A stretch of 59,126 bases of DNA, the filler included, from Dugesia japonica (Eukaryota), in NCBI GenBank assembly GCA_001938525.1. It is 5 parts of 5 records of this genome, joined end to end, with 100 filler letters (N's around TTAATTAATTAA, not from the genome) between each part and the next. Parts side by side here need not be neighbours in the genome. Positions count along the whole stretch, not along the records: positions 1 to 8,329 come from MQRL01296767.1; positions 8,430 to 20,453 come from MQRL01565370.1; 3 more parts are not named here. One strand, written 5' to 3'. Both the position numbers and the translations under genes were made by a program. This document shows, piece after piece, positions 1 to 11,764 of the stretch. Below the pieces are notes generated by a model. The model ran no database searches and was not told the origin of the DNA. It was given only the letters and a program-made list of their open reading frames with translations. Each line of letters starts with the position of its first letter. Positions within the stretch are counted from its first letter, which is position 1.

Positions 1-354
1 AGGAAACTGATCAGCAAAATCCAATGAGCATGCATCGTAAGAATAAATCCATCTTTCATTTAAAAATCTTCCAGGACGAAAATAGCTTTCGACTACAAAG
101 CTGCGTTGTGCTGTGGTAAGAACCATTCTTCAACGGGAAAATCAGTTAATTGTCTAAAATTTACTAATATTGACTATTTATTCGACTATATTTTAATAAA
201 TATCATTAAATGTAATCCATTAAACATAAATAAGTATGCACTTATTAAACTTGCTTAGTATTAAACATGATTTGTATTCACAAACTTAGAACTAGCAATT
301 GAAACATACAATGACATTAAAAATTTCGAGTCAACTTTTATACTGAACACCCTG
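1..354 (-). mobile_element. 5' end of a Tc1/mariner-superfamily transposon (rosa/DD41D-like), truncated by the window edge
   Basis: TIR CAGGGTGTTCAGTATAAAAG ends at 354 and is followed by TA. Minus-strand ATG at 126 reads MVLTTAQRSFVVESYFRPGRFLNERWIYSYDACSLDFADQFP, resembling the DUF4817-type HTH N-terminus of DD41D transposases. Confidence 0.7.
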
Positions 355-689
355 TACTATTTGTAAAAATTGATTATTTGATTTTAAATAAAAAAATAAA
401 TAAATCAAGTAGTGTTTAGAATTTATTACAAAGCAAAATATAAGCAAATATTTAAATAACGTAAAAAATTTAATGGAATTCAAGCAATCTGAGATTCGAC
501 ATATAAGTCATATGATAAATGTTTACTAAATCAGACTTTGATGTACACAAGACTTGACGCGTAAATTATTAATTCTATAATCAACAATAAAATAATAAAT
601 TAAAAGTTTTAGTGAAAGCCTGAACTGAAGATGATAATATCGATCTAATGTATCAAACAAGCACGATTTATTTTCATTGTACATACTCC

Positions 690-1060
690 GATTGCAATAC
701 TATTTCTACAACTGAGCACACCGTTGCATTAATATTGTCTTAATTAACAACCATAAATGAAGCAACCGGATATTCTCCATTTACCTTATGTATTTAAGAG
801 AAAACCATAATCCGATCGATGTCACTTTTAAACCCATCGTATCGCAGTATATGGATAATCCAGATTATTTAACAAAGATGCAAGAAAAATTACAAGAGTA
901 AAATTCAAACAAGAGCAATACAAAGATTACTATGATAGAAACGCTAAGGAACATAACTTTAAAGTTGGGGATGAAATTAGAATAAAAACGCCAGTTACAC
1001 AAAGAGAATTAACAAATAAAATGATGATCCCATGATTATAGCAGTGAACCTATGTAAAAT
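690..1060 (+). pseudogene. Gypsy integrase C-terminal remnant
   Basis: Broken frames read ..INEATGYSPFTL.. and ..KQEQYKDYYDRNAKEHNFKVGDEIRIK.., the TGYSPF and YYDR..FKVGD motifs of Ty3/Gypsy integrase. Confidence 0.7.
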
Positions 1061-1109
1061 AGGAGAATTAGAAATCGAGCCCTAAAAAGCAGCATAAATA
1101 CAATTAAAG

Positions 1110-1905
1110 ATCAGGTTCACAAAATAAATTATCCCTGTTGACAATAACATTAGTGATGCTAATCACATGGAGTTCCGGTCAAAAGAGAGAGAAAGAATTA
1201 TTCCTCTTGAATTATCCTTGACTTGAATAATTTATTCAGACAGAATTGTTCTCATCGCACCTGAGGATATAAAGAATATAACACAAATATATGCTAGTAT
1301 AACGGATAGACCAACTGCATTAATTAATCGGATATGTGTTTTCAACCATACCACATAAATATAGTCAAGGGATGGGCTAAGTGCAAACAAGAGGTTTAGA
1401 GGCCGATACAATATATCGCATCAGGATTCAATATATAATAATGAAATATAACGAAATTGATTCAACGGAACAGTATACCTTTACTACATTACCAAACAAG
1501 CAACCTCTAACACAACTACAAACATTCACTAAGGTCTATAATATTCCAACAAGACAGCAGACTTCGCAAACAGACAAACCTATCGAAAAAACAAATACAA
1601 TTAAACCAATAATATCTTATAGGATAAAAAACATAAACTCAGATTTAAATTAAAATAGCAAAAATTACGAATATTATAAAAATAAAATTTTGCAACTTTG
1701 GGGTACCACTAAAAATCCTGGATCTGAAAGTAAAATCATACGAAATATCCCTTTAATAATTTTAGGAACAAGCGTAATACTCTTCCTCGTAGCGTTTATA
1801 ATATCGGTATACTAAATTCAAAAACACTATAAGTGGAAGAGGCAGTGTAATCGGCGTCACCATACCCCACATATTCCAAATTACGTCCAATGGACAGAAC
1901 TCTGA
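1110..1905 (+). pseudogene. Degenerate type I membrane protein (signal peptide, FN3-like domain, Thr-rich stalk, TM helix) in the env position
   Basis: Signal-like LSLLTITLVMLITWSSG; FN3-like C-terminal strands GLEADTIYRIRIQY..QYTFTTLP (ORF 1381-1653); TM IPLIILGTSVILFLVAFIISVY followed by a basic tail; several stops and frameshifts. Confidence 0.55.
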
Positions 1906-2036
1906 ATACTTAATACAAAACTTATTTAAATTTTATAAAAAGAAAACAATGAAACTATAACACTAAAATCCACGTGTATATATGTGTATTTACATATAAA
2001 GATATCTATCTGTTTAATATTGTATTCATTGTAGAT

Positions 2037-3290
2037 ATGGACACAGTATCAGATAACCAGAAACTCTTCTTACATAACAATTGCAAAATTATTCTATATG
2101 AAAAAATATCGAATCCTAAAATACCCCTTAACAACATATGGGTGGGATAATGTAGCCAAAATCATTTATTATATCAACGAAGAACCATCTAGTCCAATAT
2201 GTCTTGAAAACCCCACACTTCCTAGAATTATCGCTTGCGGACACTATTTTTGTCTTTATTGCATTAACAAAACTCTACACCTGTCAAAACAATTTATCAC
2301 GCCTTGCCCCATCTGCCGTTCTTGCAAATTCTATCTATCCAGCACCAAGCGTGTGTGTTTCATCACACAAGAAGACCAGAAATCAGTCAAATATTTACAT
2401 TTCTACTTAACGTTAAAGTCCCATATTTCTAATTTACCCAAATTGCCCTCCATCTCCACCCTTTTCCATCAATACGATATCCCAGAATTTAGCGATATTA
2501 TCAGAAAATATAATGTCACTAGTCACCATATCATTCCAAAATATACATACCAACATCCGTAAAGTCAAAACCCTTAGTTACTCCAAGAAGGCCAGAGATG
2601 ATTTACTTATTCAGCTCAATTCAGAACTCGGAAAATTTAATAACCGCATCAAAATACAGGGCAGAGTCGAATTTATTACGGAATTCCATAGAAAGCAAAG
2701 TCAGAATTAAGAACAATTCAACATCATTCACCACCGGAATATTTTGCAATTGTTTTAACAAACAAGGAGACACCATAACTTATTCCTTAACGCCCAACAA
2801 CAGTTAGATTTACTTAATTTACTCATTATGGAATTAACCTACTTAATTACAGGCCGCATCACTTCACTTAGAACTAAAATCATGGAATATAGACATGGTA
2901 TCTTGTATCGTCAAAAGATCTTCAAAGCTGAAATAAATATTACTAATAGACTAATAATAAGCCAAATTTCTAAACAAGCCCCACGTTACAAATTTAAAAA
3001 GGTCATTAGGAAAGAGAAATCAGACCAACAATTCCTGCAGCAGATAGCAACTCACAGTAAATTGACTAAAGGACGACCCACCAGAATACTTATGCAGAAT
3101 CGGTCACCCTTACAAGTCTTCTCTTCACCAACTTCCCCATAAACTAATCTCCCTAACATAAAAGAAGAATTTAACCTATGCGTCTTCAAGGAACCATGCA
3201 ATAAAACTATGCCTTCTGGTCTACATGACATGAGTTGCCACTATTTCACTTTATTTTTGACACAAGATGCAGGACCATCTCTTTCTGAAT
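2037..3290 (+). pseudogene. RNF10-like: Intronless, frameshifted RNF10/Mag2-like C3HC4 RING E3 ligase gene
   Basis: KLFLHNNCK..WDNVAKI..PS(S)PICLENPTLPRIIACGHYFCLYCI..CPIC..KRV parallels the RNF10 FLQANCQF..W..VEQV..CPICL..CGH.FC..CI..CPIC..LKSV pattern. The first RING Cys is mutated to Ser. Downstream frames 2513-3142 continue weakly. Confidence 0.72.
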
Positions 3291-4130
3291 GAGAGACATT
3301 TGTTAAGGGAAGCCCGAAAATACTCACACAAAGGCATACATACAACATAAAACAATCACAAATCGTTAGAACAAACTTTTATTATTTCAAATGTACAAAT
3401 CGTATACCGAAGTTTTATAATTCAAGATTTTTATTTTATCGTTAAATCGAATTTTCATAATCTCTATTAATTATTGCGAATTTTATTATAAACAATCAAA
3501 TCCTTATTACTGAATCTTTATTGTAAACATCGGAATTATTGATTTATTTGCAAGGTAAATTTTAATAAAGATATATATCAATTTTATAAAATTTAATAAA
3601 TATTTATTTTTACGAACAGTAATTTTATAATTTGCATGATAAATCTTTATATAATTTTGTAAATATCCATGTACGATCTATGTATTCTATGTGTATGTCA
3701 TTAGTATAAATAGTGGTCTTAAAGTCANTATTTTTGCCCCTTTTTAAATTACTTGATAAGAGTTAAAATCTACTTGGGTTACAACTCAGAGTAATAAATT
3801 TTAAAAAACACCTATTAAGCTTGTATTTAATTTCGTTCAAATATAATTTAGAAAAGTAATAATCATTTTTTCAATAGCTGACTATAAAGTTTACTTAAAC
3901 TAATATTAATTATATATATTAACGATGGTAAGATATAAGGTCTACATATACAATAATATACAGAAAACCGTTGGGTTGAAATATAATTAAAAATCATTTC
4001 AAACTCACGCAATTGCTGATTTGCTTTGGCAACAATACCCAAAGCATCTCAACACAAATTGGGTCATAGAGAACCTTCTATATCTATTATAATATGGTAC
4101 TCTGATTTATTTTTCAAAAAATTAATTAAT

Positions 4131-4300
4131 TAATATAGTAGCGCACTGGGCCACTTAATCTCTCTCCCCCAGGATAAGTGATGTAACGAAACTTAATCCC
4201 TGGGTATTCTTTAGTTGGAAATTTACAAAGTTATGTCATATTAGGTAATATTACGAAATAGAAATTAAGTGGCACTATTACAACACACACTCACAATTCC
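4131..4300 (+). mobile_element. Partial Polinton-type terminus
   Basis: ATAGTAGCGCACTGG matches the reverse complement of the Polinton end at 37601-37624 and is followed by a C-rich tract. Confidence 0.45.
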
Positions 4301-4309
4301 TTCGTTCTC

Positions 4310-5000
4310 GTTAATGTCAATAAGTTATCTTGCAGCGATTTCGCATCAATTCGATGAGTATTGTGAGACCTATAATGCGTTCACTGTCCTTATCATTAAT
4401 TATTATTGTTATTATTATTGTTACTACTATTGATTTTATTATTGGGGAAACCACTATCATTATAAACATTATTATTATTAAAATCCTCATTTGCAACATT
4501 ATTAATGTTATGATTATTATTATCAACCTTGTCATTAATTATAGTGTTAATTTGAGAAGTGAGTTTTTTGACTAAAATTATTAAATAGGGCAATTAAGAT
4601 AGCCTCGAGAGTAGTAAAATTTACTACCCACATTACTACTTGGCAACTCTATTCAACTGCGGCAATATTGCGAAACTGGGTAGAAGAGTGGATAATTAAG
4701 AAGATAATTTGGAACAGCTCCTTCGTATGATGAGATAAAACATCCAAACGATACCGATTATGTGTTTCGCGGAGATGTTCCCTCTAGATACGCCAGCTGG
4801 CACGGAATAACATGAATTCATTTCATCTGACCATTTATTCATTAAATTTACTTAATTGAATCTTTTTGATTTATTATTTTTTAATATAACCTAACCCCTA
4901 GGAATATCGATGCTGTTCCTCCTGAGGAATTGCAGAGTAATTTTCAATGGGCGGGAAACCCTTTACACTCTGATAATGGCATCCTGGTAGATAGACAAGA
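4310..5000 (+). pseudogene. Diverged copy of the LTR-borne ORF cassette array (ATT-rich segment, cassette b, start of cassette c)
   Basis: EIKHPNDTDY/CFAEMFPLDTPAGTE* (about 4732-4810) vs EVEHPDETDLQCFVEMFPLEPRVDSDEE* (ORF 10324-10509). FQWAGNPLHSDNGILVD (about 4942-4992) vs FKRYYNPHDCNAGIMVD (ORF 10669-11121). Confidence 0.6.
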
Positions 5001-5002
5001 TA

Positions 5003-5600
5003 TAATTTGTCTGAAGATGACAGATATACTGTCAAAACTTGTTTTGCTAAATAAATATTTAATTAAATGGCATGTTAAATTATTTATAAATAGATTGCCA
5101 TTATTCTTTAACTTTTTGAATAATAAATATCCTGATGTTTTGCTGATTTTCAAGAAATACATGAAAGCTTTTCATACTTTAAGAAAGAAACGGATATTTT
5201 TTTAATCGAAACATGTATCGATGAAAATATAGTACCTAAGTTCATTTTTACGAAATCGATACACGATTGTTTAACCAAAGAAGATACAAGAAAGATCCAT
5301 GTGAAAATTTTAAGAAGGATGCTGGAGTGCGAAAAAATTATCTAGTAGAAATTAAACCTACGAGAAAACACAAAAAAAACGTATTTTCATCGCTCTATTC
5401 ACGAAATTTCCCATTCACAATTTTCTCTCATGACAACAATCATAGAAAAATTCCCCTGTATAAATCTTCTAAAGACAATTATGATAAGTAATAGAAATAT
5501 TAGCGATAATATCCCCATGCATGCAACCTTAGTAACACTAGTTAATTGCCTCTCGTATCAATGATTCATGGGCATTAGCTTAAATAAAAATCGGTAGTAA
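5003..5600 (+). mobile_element. Penelope-like element 5' fragment (pLTR plus ORF N-terminus)
   Basis: 5005-5095 matches the pLTR at 49330-49420 (reverse strand). It is followed by ..IETCIDENIVPKFIF, resembling the FL..C....vPKF N-terminal motif of PLE ORFs. Confidence 0.6.
5008..5047 (+). ncRNA. Minimal type I hammerhead ribozyme, mutated copy
   Basis: TGT CTGAAGA T GACAG-ATATA-CTGTC AAAA CTTG TT: perfect stem II, but GAAA is mutated to AAAA. Confidence 0.5.
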
Positions 5601-5959
5601 ATATCGACAATTTAAAACATGTTGTTACCTTTTATTCTAAGCAAATAAAATTTTCTTTCGTTGTTTTAATTATAATTTTTCCCAAATTATATTCGCCCAA
5701 TTCTTAACTCCATTCAGTTGATCAAGGTAATATCATTGTAGTCACTAGGATTTATTATTAATGTCATTGCATTTTTTCTTTATCCCGTTAATTGTTTACA
5801 TATTTGCTTGATTCTCTACTATATCAATGAAAGCCTCAATTGATCTTAAATTAATATTCACCAGAAGAAATTTAGTATTATTGTTATTATTATCTATTCC
5901 TTTAGTGTGATTATATTATTAATATTTTTGCCATAAATCATGATTATTAATATTTTTAT

Positions 5960-6716
5960 TGTTGGACTGAAACAGATCAAGGAAGAAAATAAAGATTAGT
6001 GAGTTAAAACGAAAAATAGATTGAATTGAATGAAACGATTAAAGGAGTAATATAAAACAAAGAATTAAACAACGTAATAATAAAGAATAATTGAGTAAAA
6101 TAAATGATAAAGCCCGAAATGATAAATAAAAAAAGAACTAAATAAATGACCAATAATTTAGAAAATAAATACAACGGTGGAATTAAGGAATGAGAGGTGC
6201 AATAATAAAAGAAACGAGAAGGAAAGTGCGAAGAAATCAGAAATAATACAGTGATTAAAACAAAGGGAACGAATTTAATAAAGTCAAGAAAAAAAATCAA
6301 AACGAAAATTCAGGAGTACCTTAAATAATGATTTAAAAATAAAGAAACGGAGATAAAAATAAGAAAATAATAACACTTATTTATATATTATCAATGTCAT
6401 AAAGTATGTTAGAGAGTTATACAATTATAAAATAATATATATCAAAGGATTATAGAATAGTATGAACGTTATTTAAAAATCAAAGTCAGGAAATATTATA
6501 ATAATTATGTTGGTAAAAGTATATCGCTTGTGTAGAATAATTATATAACAATTTAAGTTAAAGTTAAACCATGATTAAAACAAAAATTTATTGTATTAAG
6601 TAAATATAATGCTAAAAATGAACTTTTATAATTATTATATTCGAGTAATCCAAAAACTAGTATTATCGAATAAAAAAATCAGAAAACCAGATAAGATATT
6701 ATAAAAATTAGACAAG
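5960..6716 (+). mobile_element. 5' part of a Gypsy-type LTR
   Basis: Starts TGTTGGACTGAAACAG, similar to the family start TGTTGGGGTGAAACACC, followed by A-rich U3-like sequence. Confidence 0.45.
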
Positions 6717-7830
6717 TGTTGGGGTGAAACACCCGGTTTTAGAAGAAAAACAAAGCCAGGGGCCCAAATCGAAAAATAATGAAGGGAGTTGGAAAAGAAA
6801 ATTGATTAAGATTAATTAGATATGGTGGAAAAATTGCAATAATTACATCAATACGAAAACAGGCGAAAAGATAAAATGCAAAAAGAAAGCATCAAATGGA
6901 TAAAATACTGACCGAAATCAAGTTAATAATTAAAGAAAATTATAATTATTAATAAAAATTTAAAGAAACGATCGGTAAAATAATAACTAATCAACGAAGG
7001 AAAAATTAATTAATTTACCACAAAAAAGAAGTTAAATTGGGCGAAAATCGGTTTTTGGGGGATAATTTCGCTCTAGGAAATCCTAGAGAATACTAATAAG
7101 AAAAACTGAAAGGAGAAGGTAACTGGTCAATGGAATTTCTAAAGAAGAAAATTCTATCATCACCAGGAAGACCTCTAAAACGGTATGAAAAACGAGCCAA
7201 TAAGGGGCCAGAAAAGAAAAATAAAACAAAGAATAAAAAACCACATGGTGCTCTAAAAATAGCACCAATAGAGAATCGAAATTCTCAGAAAACCACGAAA
7301 ATTGGCACCAGCACCAATGAGAAAAAATAATCAAAAAAAGAAAACAGAAGGCCAATAACAATTGTTCCAAGTTGTAAAGGAAATGGTATAAAAACCCCCC
7401 CTGATTTTAGTCGAAAAACAATCAATTTTCTTGATATTTTAACGGCTGAAAAGCTACACGACTTAATCAATCTTATAAACTCGGAAAAAGTTTCATTACT
7501 AGTTGGTAAATCACTGTCAAAGTAATAACATTCTAAACCAATTTGAATTTACTAATCGAAATAGAAAAGAAATTATTCTACGTAGAATCTTAAAACGAAT
7601 TTGGACTATCAATTTGGAATAAAACAAGAAACGATAGGACTATGAAAAACTCGTTGCAGAAATTTCTCATTATTCTAAAATTAAATTTTTATTTGAACTA
7701 TGTTATTATGAATGTTTCGTATGATAAATATATAATAAATTAAACTTGATATTATTAAATCATTTTATTTAATCACATTATTAACTATAAAAGAGAAATT
7801 GATTAAATTTTTATTAAAGCACCAACTTAC
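6717..7830 (+). mobile_element. Gypsy-type LTR (right boundary uncertain)
   Basis: Starts TGTTGGGGTGAAACACC, identical to 41746. CCAAT cluster and TATAAAA at about 7387. Similar to 8430-9090. Confidence 0.6.
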
Positions 7831-8329
7831 AACGTCCGAGTTCAGCCATTCCAATTTTTACTTGATTAAATTCGTTTGCTTCGAGAAATACTCATGAATA
7901 GTGCATTATCATAGCTAGAGATTATCGATTGATATTTGTAAAGGAGTAAATTCCAATATTACAGAAAATCATTGAGGACGTAATTGATGAATAAATAAGG
8001 CAACCATAAAGTAACGTAAATTCCAGACTATGTCCTGGTAGACGAATCCGATACATACACAATGAATATTGTGTCACTTTTCTTTACCTGCATAGGTGTG
8101 TTATAGATAAATCCAGCAACTCAGTAAACTAATGACTATTTGTTTCATCATGCCAGTGAATTGACGAGCAAACTAGGTCTGAATTTCTACATAATGTTGT
8201 TGGTTGTGTAACCCAGTTCAGATTATCATGTGTGTAGAAATTGTGACTAAGTCAATTTCCGTAAGTTGAGTGATGACGACATTATTATCCGTTATATTTC
8301 AACGATCTATTCATGGTATCATTGGCATT

Positions 8330-8429
8330 NNNNNNNNNNNNNNNNNNNNNNNNNNNNNNNNNNNNNNNNNNNNTTAATTAATTAANNNNNNNNNNNNNNN
8401 NNNNNNNNNNNNNNNNNNNNNNNNNNNNN
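8330..8429. other. Artificial contig linker
   Basis: N44-TTAATTAATTAA-N44, with stops in all six frames; exactly the same linker at 20454, 35154 and 45732. Confidence 0.95.
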
Positions 8430-10073
8430 AATTTGCAGAAAATCGGTGCCAGCACCAATAAAATTAGAAAAGAACTGGTCCAAAAATACCAGCAAATCCG
8501 AACGTAGTAGGGGTGTCCAGAAAATCCTATAAAAGGACCTCCAATTTTCAAGTAAAAATATATTCAATAATTCATTTTACTAAGTAGTTAGAACTACGGA
8601 AAAAATTTGTTATCACTAAGTTGAAAACAATCAATCAATCGTTATTTTCATTTAAGTCACGACAATATACTCCAGTATCGTAATTAAAGTAGTGCGAATT
8701 AAACCAGGCTATCAGCTATATCAATTATCGCTAAATACTAATTGCTGTCGATTCACGAGAAACAAGTTATAGAAACTCTCGGTGCAAAAGGTAAAATACC
8801 AACCGAAATTTCAAATAATTATTATAGTTTAGAAGTCTATCAACCCAATCTCCAAATCAGTCTCAGGATCAGAATTGTCAATTTACCCGAACAACCCGTT
8901 GCAGAAATCTGACCAAATCTTAATAAGTAAACTATTAATTTCTAATTGTTGATCGTTGTAATCTATATATGTTATTAATATTTAATAAATTATTGTTGGA
9001 TAAAATCAATATGAATTTGCTAAATGTATTCCTCTATTTAATTAATTATATGATTATAAGGTTAACTAATTTACAATCGGGATATAAAATCCAACACTGG
9101 GGAAAATAATCGTAATTGTTTCTACTCTTAAGTCCCACTCTAAATAAATTTATCAGTATCAAATTGTCAATCCACTAGGATTAATCATTAAATAGTCACC
9201 CGTTTTATTACTAAAATTCAAAGTTTAAATTTTATAAAAATAACAACACCAAAGAAANNNNNNNNNNNNNNNNNNNNNNNNATATAGAACCAATATTCTC
9301 TTACTGTAGTAGGGGAAAGTTACTATTTTCATAACAAGCTTAACCCAAAAAAGATAATCCATAATTACTATGTCGATAAGAAATTCCAACTTCCTCGCGA
9401 GAATTACCAAGTATCCCAGAATCAATGCGTTTCTAGCAATTAATTATGTATTCCATTTATTAGTGGTCGTTGATAAATTAGAAATTCCTAAATAGCAGAA
9501 TATGTGAATCAAGCAGGATTATAGTTGATCTACCAGAAAACTCTATCCACACACCAACACAATAGAAAAATGCAAGTATAACACACCAGGTTAGTCAGTA
9601 TAACCAATACAGCTATATACATGTTGCTAAGTAACCCCGCGTCACAACGAATTTAAACCTAAANTTGGTGTTAATATATTAATTTTATCAATAAAATTAT
9701 TATTTATTATAAACAGTGAAAAGAGCGATAATCTCAAAGTTATGATTATTAAGGTGACAACGTCACTGTTATTTTGAAAATTATTCTTATGATTATTATT
9801 TTTTTTGGGTGCCCTGACTAATACGTTTAATTTCATCATTACTCGTACGATGATGTTTACCTTCAATAATCTTAGTATCGACGATATTAGCATAGCTACT
9901 GCTTCGTCCTGTTATCATTCATTTCATTATTATTAGCCGGGGTACCATTGTTACAATTGTTCGTAGTCGCATTAGTAGCCTTGTTTACTATTAACGATGA
10001 TCCTAAATTATTACTATCAATACCGTATTAATGTCCTTAGTATTATTAATGCCGGTATGATGACCCAGGCCCC

Positions 10074-10292
10074 ATGGATATTCCCGAAATAGCATTACTA
10101 TTCGTAATCGAACAAGGTCACATGATTAACTTTGGTTTACGAGTAATTCCGTTACCACTCGTAGATCGTCCTTTTACACATTCTGACCTTTCCAATCTTT
10201 GTTTATCCCCAGCTATTAAGTTAATCAATGTTATTCACCGCGTCCTCACCCAGGTCCCGGATGGGCTAAGAGAACTTAAAATCAAAATATAG
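10074..10292 (+). CDS. LTR cassette a, unknown small protein (possibly exon 1 of cassette b)
   Basis: ATG-initiated 72-aa ORF with raised GC. It is followed by a CACTAAC branch point, a T-tract and TAG at 10321-10323. Confidence 0.4.
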   Translation: MDIPEIALLFVIEQGHMINFGLRVIPLPLVDRPFTHSDLSNLCLSPAIKLINVIHRVLTQVPDGLRELKIKI

Positions 10293-10323
10293 ATTTCACT
10301 AACTCCCCATTTTTTGTTTTTAG

Positions 10324-10509
10324 TTGAGGATGGCAAAACTGCGACGCACTCTGAAATGGATCAAACAACAACGACAAGCAGCTATACTTAAACAATTAAT
10401 TGCCTATTACCTGACTAAGGGAGAGGTGGAGCATCCCGACGAGACGGACCTCCAATGTTTCGTCGAGATGTTTCCCCTTGAGCCTAGGGTGGACTCAGAT
10501 GAAGAATAA
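10324..10509 (+). CDS. LTR cassette b (QAAILKQL..HPDETD..CFVEMFPL), unknown function
   Basis: Canonical acceptor immediately upstream, AATAAA at about 10605-10616, homolog at about 4660-4810. Confidence 0.55.
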   Translation: MRMAKLRRTLKWIKQQRQAAILKQLIAYYLTKGEVEHPDETDLQCFVEMFPLEPRVDSDEE

Positions 10510-10685
10510 CTCCCCTCACTCGAATCAAGTTCCCAGACGCGCAAATTTAATCAAACCAATCATGATAATTATCCAGCGTTCGATTAATTGTGCTTACTGA
10601 TCATAAATAAAATAAATTGAATGTCCTTTAAGTGATTCGTTACTATTTACATAATATTTTCTTTTTGGTTGTTTTATTTTGTCAG

Positions 10686-11121
10686 GTTTAATCGACTGTT
10701 CATTATAAAATTTAAGATGGATTTTAAATGGGAAGCACTGTGGGATCAATATAACCAGCGAACTATTTTCAAGCGTTATTATAATCCCCATGACTGCAAT
10801 GCTGGTATCATGGTGGATTATTCGAACTTATCACTGGAGGAAGCAGAAAATGAAAGAGATTGGGCGACCGCAGAACGCCGGGCTTATTATGAATGGAATG
10901 GCCCCTATCGTAGTCGTGAAGTTCTACATCGAGTCACGACTGTCGATCCGGTAACAAGTCAGTCTACCACTCGTTGGCAAGAGGGACCCTCCTTACTTCC
11001 AGTTCCACTTGGCCATATGTCCCGAAGTACTACCTTCGTAGTCGACCTAGGGAACCAATTGTGGGAACTCCGGAACCAGGCGATTGGCGGCTCGGTCGAA
11101 AATACTGAACCCCCAACTTGA
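10686..11121 (+). CDS. LTR cassette c (MDFKWEALWDQY..NP..GIMVD), unknown function
   Basis: Acceptor TTTTATTTTGTCAG ends at 10685; ATG at 10717; long open GC-rich frame; partial homolog at about 4900-5000. Confidence 0.55.
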
Positions 11122-11329
11122 TTACTCACCCGATATTTATCGATTTAAATGTCTGTGTGTTCTAATAATACAATTTAGTTGTCCTTCATTAGTTGTTATT
11201 AACCCCATCGGTTATTTTTCGACAATCTCTCTAATGTAATCAAATAAGAAAATAATTATTTTTACGCTTAGTGTATAGAACTCTTTATCTTAATCTATAT
11301 CCTTTAGTGCATTCCTCCTTAAACCGTAG

Positions 11330-11646
11330 TTTGGCCCCTACAAAAAAGATACGGGCAGATAGCGAAGAGCGTGAAATGTCGTGGGACTTGTATTGGCTTG
11401 CCAAGCGTAATTGGGAGGCGGATACTGCCAACGCCAACAGCAAGGTAAGTCGATACAGAAAGAAATGTGTTGCCTTTCGGAAGGANNNNNNNNNNNNNNN
11501 NNNNNNNNNNNNNNNNNNNNNNNNNNNNNNNNNNNTATCAAGACCGAGAAAATAAACTGTTAGGCGATGTGCTCAAATTGAAAGCTGCGATGCCTTTAGA
11601 GCCCCTGATGGTGGACAAAGGTACCCAAACTCTCCAGAATCACTGA
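11330..11646 (+). CDS. LTR cassette d, helical protein ending in DKGTQT (spans a sequence gap)
   Basis: Acceptor-like CCGTAG ends at 11329. Open frame before the gap; after it YQDRENKLLGDVLKLKAAMPLEPLMVDKGTQTLQNH*. AATAAA at 11661. Confidence 0.45.
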
Positions 11647-11764
11647 TAAAAATCTTTATTAATAAAAGTTTTATGTCTCCACCGGACTCTTGAATTTCTT
11701 TGTGATATTATCAATAAATCTTTCCACTACAGAATTTTACTAAATTGACAATAATTTAACTTNA

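Noticed and set aside
620-650. Hammerhead-like CTGAAGA T GAT-AAT-ATC GATC
   Set aside because: The GAAA core and stems I and III are missing; at best a very decayed pLTR.
4317-4593. Poly-Ile and poly-Asn ORFs on both strands (also 9642-9893)
   Set aside because: By-products of ATT-rich low-complexity sequence with no motif conservation.
6004-7470. Hydrophobic minus-strand ORFs (also 33674-33871, 41862-42053)
   Set aside because: Antisense of A-rich LTR U3 sequence; a compositional artefact.
7830-8329. Coding-like GC content
   Set aside because: No open frame or motif that I could recognise.
8374-8385. TTAATTAATTAA palindrome recurring four times
   Set aside because: Always centred in exactly 100 nt with 44 Ns on each side, so it is an artificial contig linker.
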